DNA of 64,000 bases. Source: Tubiluchus corallicola (Eukaryota > Animalia > Priapulida). The position numbers were made by a program, and so were the translations under genes. The notes under the pieces were generated by a model. The model was not told where the DNA came from. It saw nothing but the letters and a program-made list of their open reading frames with translations, and did no database searches. Position 1 is the stretch's first letter, and each line of letters begins with the position of its first letter. This document shows, piece after piece, positions 1 through 41,600 of the stretch. The DNA lies in the NCBI GenBank assembly GCA_030141605.1, contig JAQGDQ010000752.1, forward strand, positions 15,927 to 79,926. The letters run 5' to 3'.

Positions 1-27166
<27,166 letters not shown>

Positions 27167-28071
27167 CTTGTTTCCATGACCGCTGAATTAATCACTGTAA
27201 ATTGTCAGATGCACGAGCATATTTAACACTCAGCAGGACAATTTTGTAAAATTCTGCAAAGAAATCCAGACGCACGATTTCAAGTTGTTACACACCAAGC
27301 ACAGGCCTTACACTTACTATCATCAAGGCATTAATCGCAACTAAACTTACTACTACTAGCACTAGACCGTTGCACTCTATTCTCCCGTCTCCAATACCCT
27401 CATTCTACTTTGAGCAATCGAAAGCAACTCGTAAATTCACAGACCTCTTTTATTAAATTCAAAACAAAAGAACTAGACGTAAGTTTGTAAACTGATAATT
27501 TTTAATTTATTACGTAATTGTGCACTTAACTCACCTAAATGATACACCTGAGCGATGAACTGACAGCGAACAAATAAAATGTCGCAAAAACTCTGATGTT
27601 GTTAAACAGCCCACTATTCAAGACGCATCCATCTATCATTACAACTAGGGGCGATAGATCATCAAATGTGACACAATAAAATTTATCTAACAAGTGTAAT
27701 TAATTTTATTATTATTATAATTATTTATTTTATTTATTTAATAAGTGTAACGATAATTTAGTGTGTCAACTGCGTGTGAAGGAATGTGATACGAGAAAAC
27801 ATAAATGTAACTAAAATGTTTGTGAACTGTACAGTGAATAAAAGATCTATGTTTAGCAAAAACGAACACTTTCAGCAAAAGGAACGACAACAGCCAACGC
27901 CTTAATCAGACATAAGTAATAATTTAGAGACACCAATGCAGAATCTGTAGATGTAAGAATGTAATAATGTAAGTTTAACAGCATAACAAGTACAAGTCGT
28001 CGAAAATGGAGGGACAATCACAAATCAATTCATTACCGAGTGCACACTCGTGTAAAGTCACTAACAGAAAA

Positions 28072-28409
28072 TAGGGGTGAGCATTCTTTACCAGAAAGCG
28101 AATTCGAATCGAACCGAATTTGTGACTTTCGAATTCGAATCGAACCGAACTTCAGTGTTTCATATCACTAGACTTTGTTCTGCAATAAAACGACTAATAA
28201 TTTGTTTAAAGTTGTGTGCAGAAATCACAGCTAAATTACGCTACTTGCATGATGTTTCTATCGTTTTAGTGATAAAGAACATGTGTGATTGAAGTGCTGA
28301 ATTATTCGAATCTATAGTTTTGGATTCGAATCGAGTTCGAACTAAAAAAACTCGTTCGAATCGAATTCGATTCGAATGTTCGAACTCGAACGTTCGATGC
28401 TCACCCCTA
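28072..28409. mobile_element. hAT MITE (TAGGGGTGAGCAT TIR, TCGAA-rich subtermini), 8-bp TSD ACAGAAAA
   Basis: Perfect TSD; degenerate relatives near 830-1161, 18256-18375, 23460-23523. Confidence 0.9.
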
Positions 28410-29074
28410 ACAGAAAACACCAAAAAACAGGGAAGCCTAGATTTTGCAGAGGCTAACAGTTAAGTAGTAATACCTATGTCACAAGTAGGATGTAACCAAA
28501 GTAACAGAGGGGAGTAACTTTCATCCTCATGAAAGAAAGTATGAAGCACTGTTAACTTAATTGATCTGAGCCACAGAAGGTGGCAGTACCATAAAACAAT
28601 TTCTTTAACTGTTTACTTGATTCATAGGTGGCGCCAATAGCAACTATCAAAAATTTAGTTTCTATTATAGGACATAGGTGGCACCACCGAGTTACTAAAA
28701 GCATCTGTGTGCTAGCATGCGTCCATGCAAGAAGTGCTAGGTATTATAGAAATAAAGCCGGCTTTTGAGCCTAAATAGTTACTCATACAGATAAATATTT
28801 TTGGCTTAAATACATTTTGATGGAGCCAGTAATCCACATAAATACGACATTCCAGACATGTTATGTCCGTCAAAATATTATACCTAACGTATTATTGTAA
28901 GCAGAGTATCATATGTCGAATATCATATATTATCAAAGTCGTCGTTAGCCATTGATTCATCCAGAACTAGATACTCCTCAATTAAAAAAAATTAGCAAAA
29001 CATCAATGCATCCACAAACAATTACTCATAATTAACACATCATAACTAACCAGTCTGGAGCGAGTTCCAAACAT

Positions 29075-29275
29075 CATATATTATATTGTATTGTATTATA
29101 TTATATTATATTATATCATATCATATCATATCATATCATATCATATCATATCATATCATATCATATCATATCATATCATATCATATCATATCATATCATA
29201 TCATATCATATCATATCATATCATATTATATCATATCATATTATATTATATTATATTACATTACATTATATTATG
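29075..29275. repeat. (ATATC)n/(ATATT)n pentanucleotide microsatellite
   Basis: Direct reading. Confidence 0.95.
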
Positions 29276-30099
29276 TATGCATGTATCTTTATTGTGTACT
29301 TTACTTATATTGTCCCTGTATATTGTATTATTGTATCTATTGTATCTATGTATATAACTGAGTATTTCTAGTTGTTTCTAGTTTTAGTTTTATGCACAGC
29401 AGTTTATAGTTTTGCACCGGACGCATGAGCCTGTAGTTTTAATAATAACTAATTAATTTTAACACTGAGGAATGTGATTTTGTTCTAATCCATTTTATAG
29501 CAAATAAAGTATTATATGTACATATTTACATTTTACGTGCTGAAATAGACTTTAAAATAAATAAATAAGAATAATTAGTTACCTACACTCATACTAGGTG
29601 TCAGCAGTTGTGTTGACCTATACAAACCTATTTTTATCACAGGAATTATACCAATGTATCCCCCGTGGGCACAGGTAGAAAAAAATTATTATGAGTAAAC
29701 AAGATGGACATACTGAACAAAAGTACCAAGCCAAATTTTTTTTCTTATAAAAAATAATTTGGCACTGAAAGGTTTAACTGAAAGCCGTGCTTTCCACAGC
29801 CCTACTGCTATCCATTGGTAAAATGTTTATGGTTGATGATGTTCAATTGTATTTAGCTAATGTCAGAAATGCACAATTTCAATTATTACACTTGCCACAT
29901 AGACGCTCCTCTCGAGGAATAGGAGGCCTTATATACCGCCCAGTTTCTATACGCAGTGAGCGCTTGTTCTAAGCTTAGTCAATGCAATACGATCTTTAAC
30001 ATTGTTTACATTTACCAAATAAGACTCAAATTAAAAGTTTTAAATTTACTGTAAAAGGATAACGTTGACATTTCGGCTAGTGAATTTTTCCAATTGGTA

Positions 30100-30500
30100 A
30101 CATAGCATGCTTATAACCTTCCTTCAGCAATATACAAAGTATTCATATACAATGGCACTATATCATCTTCTATGAAAAACATTAGATTTATAACAGGCAG
30201 TATTTTTGTTAGCCCTAGATACCACGACAAATTATATTGTTTAGACAAAATATAAGCTTCCTTGCACAGTCTGTTATCTGGTAGTGAAACTAATGGCACC
30301 CAATACTGAATGATTCTTATTTTAATTGATAGGTTGATGGTATATTTGCCCAATTCCCTCAAGGTAGCTGGTGTGGGTGTTCAGCTCTTTACTCCTAACA
30401 CGGATTTGTAATATTTTACGCCTGCCGTTTCTAAATTATTAAATCTTTATATCCCCAGATTTCGCATGCATAATCAGTGATTGGTTTAACGTAACAACGA
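30100..30500 (-). mobile_element. Degenerate LINE ORF2 C-terminal fragment
   Basis: ELGKYTINLSIKIRIIQYW...LPDNRLCKEAY resembles post-RT region of non-LTR retrotransposons. Confidence 0.55.
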
Positions 30501-30944
30501 CATTGCTAGACTGGCGTCAAAATATCCAAACTGGTTATTGCCTAGTTCTTTTTCTTCGATCGCATCTGTTATTTTAACAATTTTATCAGATAAACCGTCA
30601 CTGTTTGTCAAAAGCATTATCTAAACGGGACATTGGGCAAAAAATAACTTGACAGTGTGACATTTATACAGCAGAAGTGGTCAGGAGATGAACAAGAGAA
30701 CAGCGCAGCGCGAAATACCAGTGATGTCACGCTGAAACTTTTACACATTGTATTTCATTATTAGTATTTTTCATCTATAAAATATGGTGCATTCAAGTAA
30801 GTGTGGGAACAAGCTATGTATACGTGTGAACTTGAGATTAACATTAAAAAATGCCTCAGCGAGTACCCCCGTTTCTCCATTACCAGCGTAACAGCTTGAC
30901 TTACCCACATGTAAATAAAGTGAGCAAGTCCTAACGGGACGTTG

Positions 30945-31536
30945 AATTGAACACTAGATCATACAATTTAAAGCAAATTACAGTAAACAATAAATTTGGA
31001 AATAACTCTATGTCAAAACAGGCCATACATTTATGGAACTTACTACCCAGTGAAATAAAACAAATAGAATCTCTCCACCACTTTAAAAAGAAATTAAAAG
31101 AATATCAATATAACAGGTTTCAACTTCCACATTGTGCATCTGATACTAATTACACAGACTCCACTTTCATCTACCCCCGCCCCTGACTCCATATAATGAT
31201 TACAAATGAAATTTTTTAAAAAAAATTATGTAATGTAATACGTGTTATGTTAGTTTCGTGTTTCGTAATGTTAAATGTATAAATAGTGTGCACTATGGCA
31301 TGTAAAATTTAATGTACTTTCGTATAATTGTTTGTAATAATATTTTAATATGGTATTTGTAAATATGTTCATTATATTGTATATAGTTTTGCACGTTAGT
31401 TTTTTTTAGTCTGCACTGGACGCATTTGTCTTGAACAGTGTTGTTATTTTAACATTACGCTGAGGCTAACTCAATTTTATTATAATGAGTGAACCGTTTT
31501 TATGACAAATAAAGAATTAATATATATATATATATA
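30945..31536 (+). mobile_element. 5'-truncated CR1/L2-group LINE 3' end with UTR and AATAAA/(TA)n tail
   Basis: NTRSYNL...IHLWNLLPSEIKQIESLHHFKKKLKEY is a typical L2/Crack C-terminus. Confidence 0.7.
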
Positions 31537-32397
31537 CACGTCACTTACGCTCTCTTTCCCGATTTTTCGCTTTTCGCAAGATGCCTATGCGGTGTTAAAT
31601 TTGAAGTGTTCCAATGCTAAACAAAGCGAAACGCGCAAGTTTATATTAAAAAAAGTAAAGCCGTTTATGTTATGAACAAAAAGAGTTTAAAAGAAAGTAT
31701 CTTAAAATTTTTTAGGATTAGCATTCATTATTGCATAATATTATTGCAACATCGTAATGAGTTGATGAATAAAATTAGTACGTGTGTAAAAATGTACGCC
31801 GGGGGGCGGGCGCTACCATGGTTGGCGCCCAGAAAACTTTTGAACTGCTAGAACGCCGGAGAAGCATTTTCGAAGAGAAAATATGGAGTTATACAGTTGT
31901 TAAAGGAAAGAACAATTAAAAGAAAAACTGCTTTATTCTCAAAACCAGTCCTTAATACTTGACAATACTGGCAAACACCGCGCGTGCGGCAGGAGAGAGA
32001 GGGGGGGGGAGAGGAGGCAGTATGTTCGGATAAAGCAAAAAAAGCTACCTTGGCGTGAGGCCCCCCTGGAGGGTGAGGCCCCGGGGAAGTATCCCCATTC
32101 CCCCCCCCTTGAAATAGGCCCTGGTTAGACATACTGTTTATGGGATTTGAAGACGTATACGTCCCATTTAATGGCTGAAAAATACCATGAGAGGTGGGAA
32201 AAAATCTGTCAATGGTTATATATTAATCGTACGAAAGCTTATCGAATTCTAATAAAAACTATCTCTGTCAGATTCAGCTTTCGAACTATATTTCAACAGC
32301 ATTAAGTTCGTTAAAACTCAGTCAAAGTAACTAAAAATAAAGTTTTTGCTCGTCTTATTTCACGGGATTTACCTGGAAGGCAAATTTACCTACAATG

Positions 32398-32500
32398 GTT
32401 ACTATAGCAACCGGAAGCATAATACTGTAACGCAAAAGTTGGGAGTGACGCTACGAACTCTGATTGGTCCTGAGCAACGGGCGAGAGTTCTATGACGTCA
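32398..32500 (+). promoter_or_regulatory. Promoter module: RFX X-box GTTACTATAGCAAC (32398-32411), ETS-like CCGGAAG, Y/CCAAT box CTGATTGG (32460-32467), CRE TGACGTCA (32493-32500)
   Basis: Motifs read directly, 70-175 nt upstream of ATG 32572. Confidence 0.65.
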
Positions 32501-32571
32501 CCCTACGCGACATTCAATTAGTTTTCGATACAACCAAAAAACGAAAACTGCGTTTGAGAAAGAGACAGAAA

Positions 32572-32604
32572 ATGATTCCCTTTAGAAGGCGTTCAAAGAA
32601 CGAA
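32572..32604 (+). CDS. Unknown gene exon 1 (MIPFRRRSKNE)
   Basis: AAAATG context downstream of promoter motifs, GTAAGC donor. Confidence 0.6.
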
Positions 32605-35600
32605 GTAAGCTAAATTTTAATATCTTTAATGTGTGTGCAGCTTCCTGAAAAATTTCAGCTCATGCAGTGTTAGGCTAGTAATGAGAAAAATTATCGCCAT
32701 CATATGGCTATTGCGTCTATTGTAGACATACTATAGAAAAGCCTGCCCTCAAGATAGGTAAACACAGTAGAAATCCAGCAGAAATCTAGATACTGTTATG
32801 TCAGCGGCAGAGAGGACAAGAAGAGAGAGTTCATAAATAAAAGTTTGAATTCGTCTTGAAATTTTGCATCAGTTACATGCTGTTTCAAAAACGTTCAATT
32901 AACGTTCAAAAAATTAATCAGAGCAGTGGTAGGGCACATTTCTTCAACTAAGCATATCCATAAAATATTTTGTCTTATCAGCAAAATTAATAATACGTTT
33001 TTGGTGAGCCAGTTGTAGTACACAGTTTCACTCTTCCACCAGGATAGTGAAACAGTGACGTTTCACCAGTTGGCTAAATTAATGATTTGCTTTTTCAGGT
33101 ACATTTTGTCTTTTTGACAGGTGAACATAATGCGACGTACTATAACTCTGAATGGAAACTTTTTCGGACGTACTGTAAATTTCCCCTTTCTTCCCTTTTA
33201 ATTATTCAGTGGTCTTTTCGTGCTAGAAAGTCAGTTTAAAGCCCGTTGTCTAATTGGACTACTGATTTTAAACATGTTTTTCACGTTTTGTGCTGTGTGT
33301 TGTGTAAGCGCTGCTAACTTTCATTGTACTATAATTGTAATTTTTTATTGTTTTATTTTATTTAATGTCACGACACTGTACTTTTGTATTGCACCTTGTA
33401 AAATTTAAATAGTCCTTGTCGACCGAATAAATAAATAAATAAATAAATATAAGTAAATACGCAATTACATATATGAATAATTTATGTTAATGCGAGCTCT
33501 CGGGGTTCTTATTGCTCCTCTGTGCGTGGTAGGTTTCTAAAAGCGAAGAAGCTGATAAACTGTTTTCTCTACAAATCTTGAAAATGATGCTGAGAATTAC
33601 GCATAGAGACCCTGCAGTGTCTATACAACCTGCTACAAGTACCCGATAATAAAACCAATCCGTGTTTCTCACTGAAGGAAATTACAGATGCCTTTATTTC
33701 TGCCAAAAATATTTATTATATTTCACACCTGATAGGATTCTAACTCAATGTTCACCCTATTTTGCAGTGTGACAACTGCCGAGGTCGCACGGGGCTTCTG
33801 CCCCATTTTCCACCGGTGCAAAGACCAAAGGAAGCGGTTCTGCCACCGTTATACGGGGGCAGACCCTTCTACCCACCAAAAAATTCATTCGACAAAGTAA
33901 GTATGCTTACTAGCCATAATTAACTAACTATCGTTTTGCAAATGTTCGCAGTTAATAATCCGTTTTGCATTAGAATTAAAGTACAATTTGTATTTTAGTG
34001 TTAAGCATGTTAGACTCATATTGCTGAGGCTTAGCAAATATACCAGTTTGCAATGTGCTGCCCTAAATACTTGTTTGTTCCCCCATGTGCATTACAGCGA
34101 GCGGAAAAAATGTACGTCATTAATCATATAAACCGCATAAAAGCAATACTAGATTAGAAAATCTGAAAAATCATTTTGCACCGCCATCCGGCTATTCGGA
34201 CAATTCTTACCCCAGAGGTTGCACCATTATTCTGCCGTGCAGAAATAGAGTAGAGTAGTAACTACAATTTTATCAAAACTGAGATTTTGATGTATGCTTA
34301 CCAAGCAGATGGCGCTCTTTCTTGCTATTGTAATGAAATTTCATTTTAAGCAGTAATTTTAGCACAAGTAACGTCCCATGACAGGTTTTGAAAAACCCCA
34401 TTACAGAATTAAGAAGCAGTAATTTCACAGGGGGTCTGCTCAAAAACAGAAATACCAATTTACGTATTCCAGATTCTTTGCTTTGCAGAAATAAAAAATA
34501 GTAACTTTCAGCCGGATTTGCAGTTACTGCTTTCTGTCTCTGTTTCATTCAAGCCAGCACTACAAATCGATAAAAAGTTTATTTGAACACTAGCAAAGGC
34601 CCGCAAAAAATTTTGCTTATAAATACACTTATAATCAAAAATACGCGAAGATCCTACCTAGTGTTTGTCTGTTTATCTAACGCAAAGCCAGCAGCAACAG
34701 CAGCAGCAGCTTTTACTGAATTAAAGTTATAAGCAGAGTATAATGGATGACGTCACAACAACGGCTTTGCGTCAGCAGTTTTCCAAGCGAAAATTGCCAA
34801 AAATGAAACATCTAATTAACTCGTCGGTACTCCTCTTGGTGCACGTGTACTAAATAGCCCACATCATCGTGTAGCCCTGTTCTTCCTCTATCTAAAGAGC
34901 TATATATCTCCTTTCGAGAGCCCCACTAGGCGCCGCCAGAACGTTTTTTCCGCGTGCTGTTTGACCAAAATTTCGAAAAAATCGCTAGTTGGGTCCGGGA
35001 AAGTACCCCTTACGGAACGCCGTGGCCCTCTCAGGAACTCCAAATACGCCTATGGCACCCACCGCTGAACGGGCTTACTATCCATAGCCAGTTCTCGTTT
35101 TTCAGATCTCAGACGTATAATTTTTGCAAAAAACGACCGAAAAATGGCCATTTTTGGAGTTTGAAACTTTGTGGCGTCTAGGCAATAATCAATAATAATT
35201 CTGTTTTGCGAGTAGTAAGATATTGGGTAATGAGTCTTGATAGAGAATACCACATTTTTAGAGAACAAAGATATGAGAGTAGTCTACCGCACTACAGCAC
35301 TTGAATAACTTTAATTGGCTGAAATGCTTTCTGTGAAACAATAAAAGCTTCGAGTCAAGAAAACTTTTTGTAGGTGCCTTCTTAGGTTCCTATATTGTAG
35401 CACGCATTGGCCTATTGCATTAATTTTGAAACAGCTGTATAGCGTTACTTGATTTTGTTACCAAACAATTACGGCATGATTAATTGGTGACCAAAGTCAA
35501 GCGAATTGGTGATCAAGTGAAGCAGTAAAATTTCAAACATAATTAAATACTGCATTCTTCCTTCATTGGCTGGCAAGCATAACGGTATTAAACTTAATTT

Positions 35601-38600
35601 TTCAACAAATTGATATTGTTTTACACTAAAAGGATGTGGTTAATAGAGCACCAGTGTCGCAAGACGAATTGTATAGGAGTGCACTGTCACGGAACTGTTA
35701 TGACAGGCAGATATAGAAGTGACAAACACAAAATAGCCTAAAATGTCATTTGTACAAAAAGTGAAAATTATTTATATGTCATTCGTACAAAAAAGTGAAT
35801 TTATAGTCTCAAAATATTTGTAAAGTTTCAGTAATATGCTTGAATTAACCGAATGAAAATTCGAAAAAAATTTTTTGCTTGAAAACGGCAAATTAGTTTT
35901 ATCGTTATTTTTGCACCACTTTATTTTATTTGGGGTAGTACTAACAAATCATAAAAAACATCAGCACTAACCTTTTCGTTTCTCTCGCAGTCTGTTGTTG
36001 TTTGTTACACTCAGCAAAAGAATTCCCTTTGTGAAATAAACGCTGGTGTTTTAAAAACGCCGTACTTGTTGGAAAACCGCGACATTGCTTTTGTTCCATT
36101 AATAAATGCTCGTCAGATTTTCCGACATAAATTTGAGCCACGTTGTAGTTTATAACAGTGGCAGTGGATATGCCATGGATATGCGCTGAAGATAAACTCA
36201 AAAAGCGTTCGTGACATGCACTGGTAAAAACAGCGATGTTATATCACTTCACGCAAACAATCTCACAAAATCTTTTCATGATTGCATTTGGTTTCTACTG
36301 ATGTTGCGATTATACGTGGTGCTCAAACATCATCTCAAGAAATGCTTAACGAAGTCATTCACCTTTTATCATTTTAATCAAACCACTATTGTTCAGTCAC
36401 ATAATCATGATGTCATATATCGTAACATGTGCCTTGTTTGCCTAATGATCAATACGGTAATGCCGCAAGTTCCAAAATCATAGAATTATTACAACACTAA
36501 ATTCCAGCACACTACCCTTCTTGTCCGATATACCTCATGTAAATCCGTACGTCGACTGTACTGTACTATCATTGTTTCTACAGCATGTACACTATTGTAC
36601 AGTATAATGAGGTAGTTTGCATTACGAGAGGGTGAGTCGCTACTTACTGAGCCCGTTTTGTTGTATAATTTGTAAGGTTTTGTTGTAAGGTAATTTGTTG
36701 TATAGGTTTACTACGGTTTTCACATCAGTTACGGAGTTTACCAGTAATTCTCAAGTGTATTCTAAAATTGATTATTATCACTTAACAAATAACAACTGCT
36801 TTGTGCTAGAAGTATCCAACCCGCCTTACATAATGTGGCATCAAAAGCTGTCCGTATTATATCACTCGCTTGATGTCAAGCGTTCATAATTCACAGACTT
36901 TGATGGACTTCGAGTGTTCTGCACAGCATTGTATAAGTGAGCTAGTGGAATTTGATTTGCTTAAGATTAAGAAGTCGCGTTCATATATTTTTTATTTAAA
37001 ACAAGATGTGGTTCCGGTGAACATTTTTGCCAACACACTTCGTAAACCGTGCCAAAAAGTAGCTAGTATGGTTCAGCAACAAATTTATTTCAGCATTTGA
37101 GGTACAGATATTCAGAGGTAATAAAATCTGCGATGCCTAACTGGAAGTCAGCAGAGTAGCCAGCAGGATATACATCTAGTGTTTCGACTGTATAAGTTAT
37201 AACTCCATTAAAGCCAATAAAGGTAACACTAACACTAACAGCAAAGAAGCCATAAAATACATAACAACGGTTTTTTAGCAAGAAGACCTAAATTGCTGCG
37301 CATGGATGAATGATGAAGGGCAACTGAAAGTTGTATACACAGTTGTAAGGAAATACTTTAACAACAATATCATTCATTTCGCGCAAGGAAAACATGGCGG
37401 GAGCTTTAAATGTAATGCCACTAACACGAAGTGGTAAAAAAAAGAGACAAGGTTTGATTCCTCCCGCTGGGCCCGATTCAAAAAATAAACTATCACTGGC
37501 ACGACACTAGATCGAGACCTTTCGTTTGATGTATAGATCGCCGCAAATGGTGCCGTCGTCGGAGTTGTAGCCTCGAATCTTATACCAGCAGAATGATGCG
37601 ATATAATATTGTAGCCCATTTCCGATTTTTTCAAGCACAGGTGTTCTAGGTTGATAGCATAGAACACGTTTTAGTAAGAAAACTGTTTATAATCAATAAA
37701 CATTTGAATTTGAAAGTTTAATAAGAAAGGATGTAAATAAAGATAGATCTATAACGAAGTGATGTGACTGCGTTATTATAGTGACCGTCATAGTGCACGA
37801 AAACAACAGCTAATTCATTAGATTCTTCACTACATTTATCATCTACGCAAGGCTATAATATTCTTCAAAATCTCATTCCACTTGTTGTAGGCATTGAGGT
37901 ATCAGGTATTCCACCCACTTCTATCTGCAGCTAACAGCATAAGTTCTTCTACTCCTAAAGATAGATTTGGTTGAAGTTGTTGAATATCTCTATTTGTCTA
38001 AGCTATCCAAGTTGTTTTACGTTTTTCAGGTGGTTTTTTGCAAGGTTTTAAGGCGATTCTTACAGCTGCTTCATTTGGTAATTTTAAAAGATGTCCTAGC
38101 CATCTTAATCTTCGGATCTTGACTTTTGAATGCCAATAAATTTCTTTTGTTTTGGTGTATAAATCTTCATTTTTGATTATGTATGGCCATCATATCTTTA
38201 AAACTTCCCTAAGAAGACTTCTATGAAATGTGTCTGTGGACCCTGGATTCGAACGATTGCATCTGCAGTGTCATCAAACCTGGTTTTGCTTGGCAAAACA
38301 CTAAGTGTGAATGTTAGATGATTTATACCAACTTTTGGGAAACGCGATGGTCTGCAATGACCCTCTTTTCCTCAGGGAGGGAGAGAAAATCCAGGAATCC
38401 GCAGAATTAGTCTGACCTTTACCTGAGTTTTACCTTCTCCCCAAAGGACAGATAGAGCGGGATGTAGGATAATGAAAAATAGCGATAAAATTCGAGTCTC
38501 GTTCAATGCCAGTAATCAGGGTGAACTGACAGCTATTAACAACACCCACCCTTAAAGTAATGTACTAATAATGTAGTGCTTTTGAGGTTACCATTTTGTA

Positions 38601-41600
38601 TCGTTGCCCAAGCCTTCAAGCCAGAAAAGAAATGACACACAGATTCCCAGCTCAACGTTTGTTGGCAGGAGAATAATAATCTCTCTTATATAGTTTGTAA
38701 CTTGTAATATGATCTTCATGTAGTTTGTAATAACTGCGGGCTTATGTTATAACGGGTCAGAGTGGTCAGAGAATAACATCTGTAAAGTCCAGTGGAGGGT
38801 ACACAATTACATATTGATTTGTTTTATTGCCAGTGGATTATCTGTAAGAAATTATACATACCCAGATTGTCGGACTGACATGGACGAGGTATATGCGCTA
38901 AGATTGCTTTGATTTTACTTACAGCACGACCATGGGCCCCGAAGTGCTGTGCAGTTTCAAGTATCTGGCAATCAATTACCACCAATCAGGAGACCAGTAC
39001 CCAGAGCAACGTAAGTGTTATTGCCATTACTGCTGTTGTTGTTCGTGTTGTTATGATACTTCTCATGCTACTCTAGTGCGTTTTGTTTTTGTTGCAAATT
39101 TAACACAACACATGAAGTGGAAAATGAAGAATTACGGGTAGTCAATCCGATTTTGGGTAAGTCGGGTTCTAATCGAAGTTATGTTACTATTAATATTCAA
39201 GCTGTATTATAGACCCCATGTGTTTCAGAAATGCAAAAAATACAATAATAATAAATTTTGTTTTTCTGTTACTAAATTTGACAGGGAGAATGATAGAAAA
39301 AAGAGGGCGACCCGAAATAAATTGTTACAAAAAATTTCTTAGTTCGATTGAGTTGTAACTTACGCGCTTTTAAGTACCTAATATCAAAAATTATACAAAA
39401 TCTATTATACAAGCTAAGCCATTTGTCCCAAATACATGAAAATCACAATAGCTGCTAAATACGGAAGAGACTCTGGGGAAGAAGGCAGAAACTGCTGTGG
39501 TCCAAATAGTCGAGGGCAGCTTTTAGATCCACATGGGCTTCCACGAACTGGGTCGAAAGTACACAAAGTAGTGGAGTATTAAACGTTAAAGCCAGCTTGT
39601 TAGGGGACAGCACCTGGAGAAGAAGAGAGATTTTCTAATGACGCGAGTAAAAGTTTTGGGCACCATAGACAGGAGGTTGATGGTGCAACAACTGCAATTG
39701 TGTGTGCAAGTTACCTTTGCTTTGTGAAAGAAGGTGCTGTGGTTGCCTTTCAAGTCAGAAGCCACAGTGTCAAAATATTGACAGCAGGTTCGAGACAGTT
39801 GCAGAAGACGTCTTGAACATGTTTACAGTAATTGGCAACTTGAAAACTACATCTTCCAGTGCGTGCAGATATGTATCAGGATTTCCGAAAAACATGATTG
39901 AAACACTGAAAAATGAATTATTGCACGTATTACTAACTAATTTACGCTACTTTTTGAAACGAAGCATGCACTAGATGTTAAGGAACATCTATTATGTATC
40001 AAAATCTTTACCTTCGCTATTCCGTGTTCGGAATGAGTTGAAAACTGATGATAGTGTTTTGAATCGTGTTCTGTCGCTGGAATCGAAATGGCCGATTTCC
40101 TACTTGGTCGGTGATGGAATATCCCCTGTATTATGACGTCATCAAGTAGTTCCCGCCGATGGCTTTGCTAAAAATAGCATTGTGACAATTTACCCCTGTG
40201 ACTTTTAGCCCCACCCTCCCCTATTTATATTTTGTATTTTTATTTATCTTGTTTTTAGTTTAAGCCAGGCATCCAGATCTATAAAGTTTTGCTATGTTAA
40301 ATTTACTCTTGGTATAGAAAGTGTGAATTGAAGTCGAGTGAAACTTCGTTATAGTGTTTACTGTTTAGAAAAAGATGCCTTTGTTTTGTGGTTTTTGCCA
40401 GCCTATTGGAAAAGAAAAATACAGTGGACTCTCTTTATAAGAATCACCTCGGGAGAAGGCAAAGTGATTCTTATAACGAGCGATTCATATAACGAGCATG
40501 ACCCAGAATTGCTTTAAAAAAATTTTATGCACATAAAAATTATTTATTTCCCGAAATTACGCTAGAAACGACTTGAAACAGCATAATGTTTTTCTGGCCT
40601 AAAAAGGACCTAAAAATTCCTAGACTAATGTTTTTATTTCATTGTTGGGTAAATATTTCATGATGCCAGAATTGCTTTAAAAATTTTCGCCACGCCCACT
40701 GCGCAGAACCATGTAAGCAGGGCGTGAGAGACAATGGAGTTGGCGCCAAAATTGATTCTACTATCGAAAGAAGGGTGATTCTTATACGAGCGGATTTTCA
40801 GGATTTTCTAGGAAAATACCGAATCAATTCGGGAAACGCGATTTTGATTCTTATATCGAGCTGATTCTTATACGTGTGATTCTTCTAACGAGAGTCCACT
40901 GTACCTGTGTGTTAGAGGCCTAGTAATCTTTGTCATAAGATACAGTGACAAGAAGCTGAGCAACTGTTTAAGTTTTTTTTACCAGAGCCAACAGCCATAA
41001 CAATTATGCAGTTTCGATTCACGGATTGGTTGGTTCGCTGGGGGCTGTCTGTCTGGCTGACTGACTGCCTGACTGATTGAACAAACGAATGAATGACTAT
41101 CTGACTGACAAATTGGTTGTTTTCCTGTGTGATTTGACACAAGCTCAGGAGTGTAAATGTTGCTGCTTTCCTAATTTCCCAAGCACCTCTAACCAATTTC
41201 CAGTGTTGGAAGAGCGAAGGAAGTTTGAAATTTTCAGAGAAAACAGACTTGTGCAAGTGCGACTATGTACTTTAATGATTTTGTTGCTATACAAGCGAAG
41301 CTATTTAATATTATTACGTCAGTGATAATTAGTAAGTGTTTTATTTGTATTGACAGTCCGATAGAAACACCACCCGATCGGGTAGAGCGACCAAAACTCG
41401 AACAACATCGGAGACGGAGCTCAGTGACCCCTCCCTGGGAGAACACCCTAAGGAGAGGCACCCTGCCGCCGCTGCATCTACGCGGCAGGCGGGCCTGGTA
41501 TGTATGCAAAATTTCTTCTTTTCTCGGAATATTATTTTTTGTGTTAATTTTTATAAAAAATTGTCGCTTAGTTTTAAAAAACAGTAAACTAGTTGATTAT

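Noticed and set aside
39300-40110. Possible Penelope-like retroelement relic (also about 42400-43080)
   Set aside because: Only vague peptide resemblance; cannot be supported without a search
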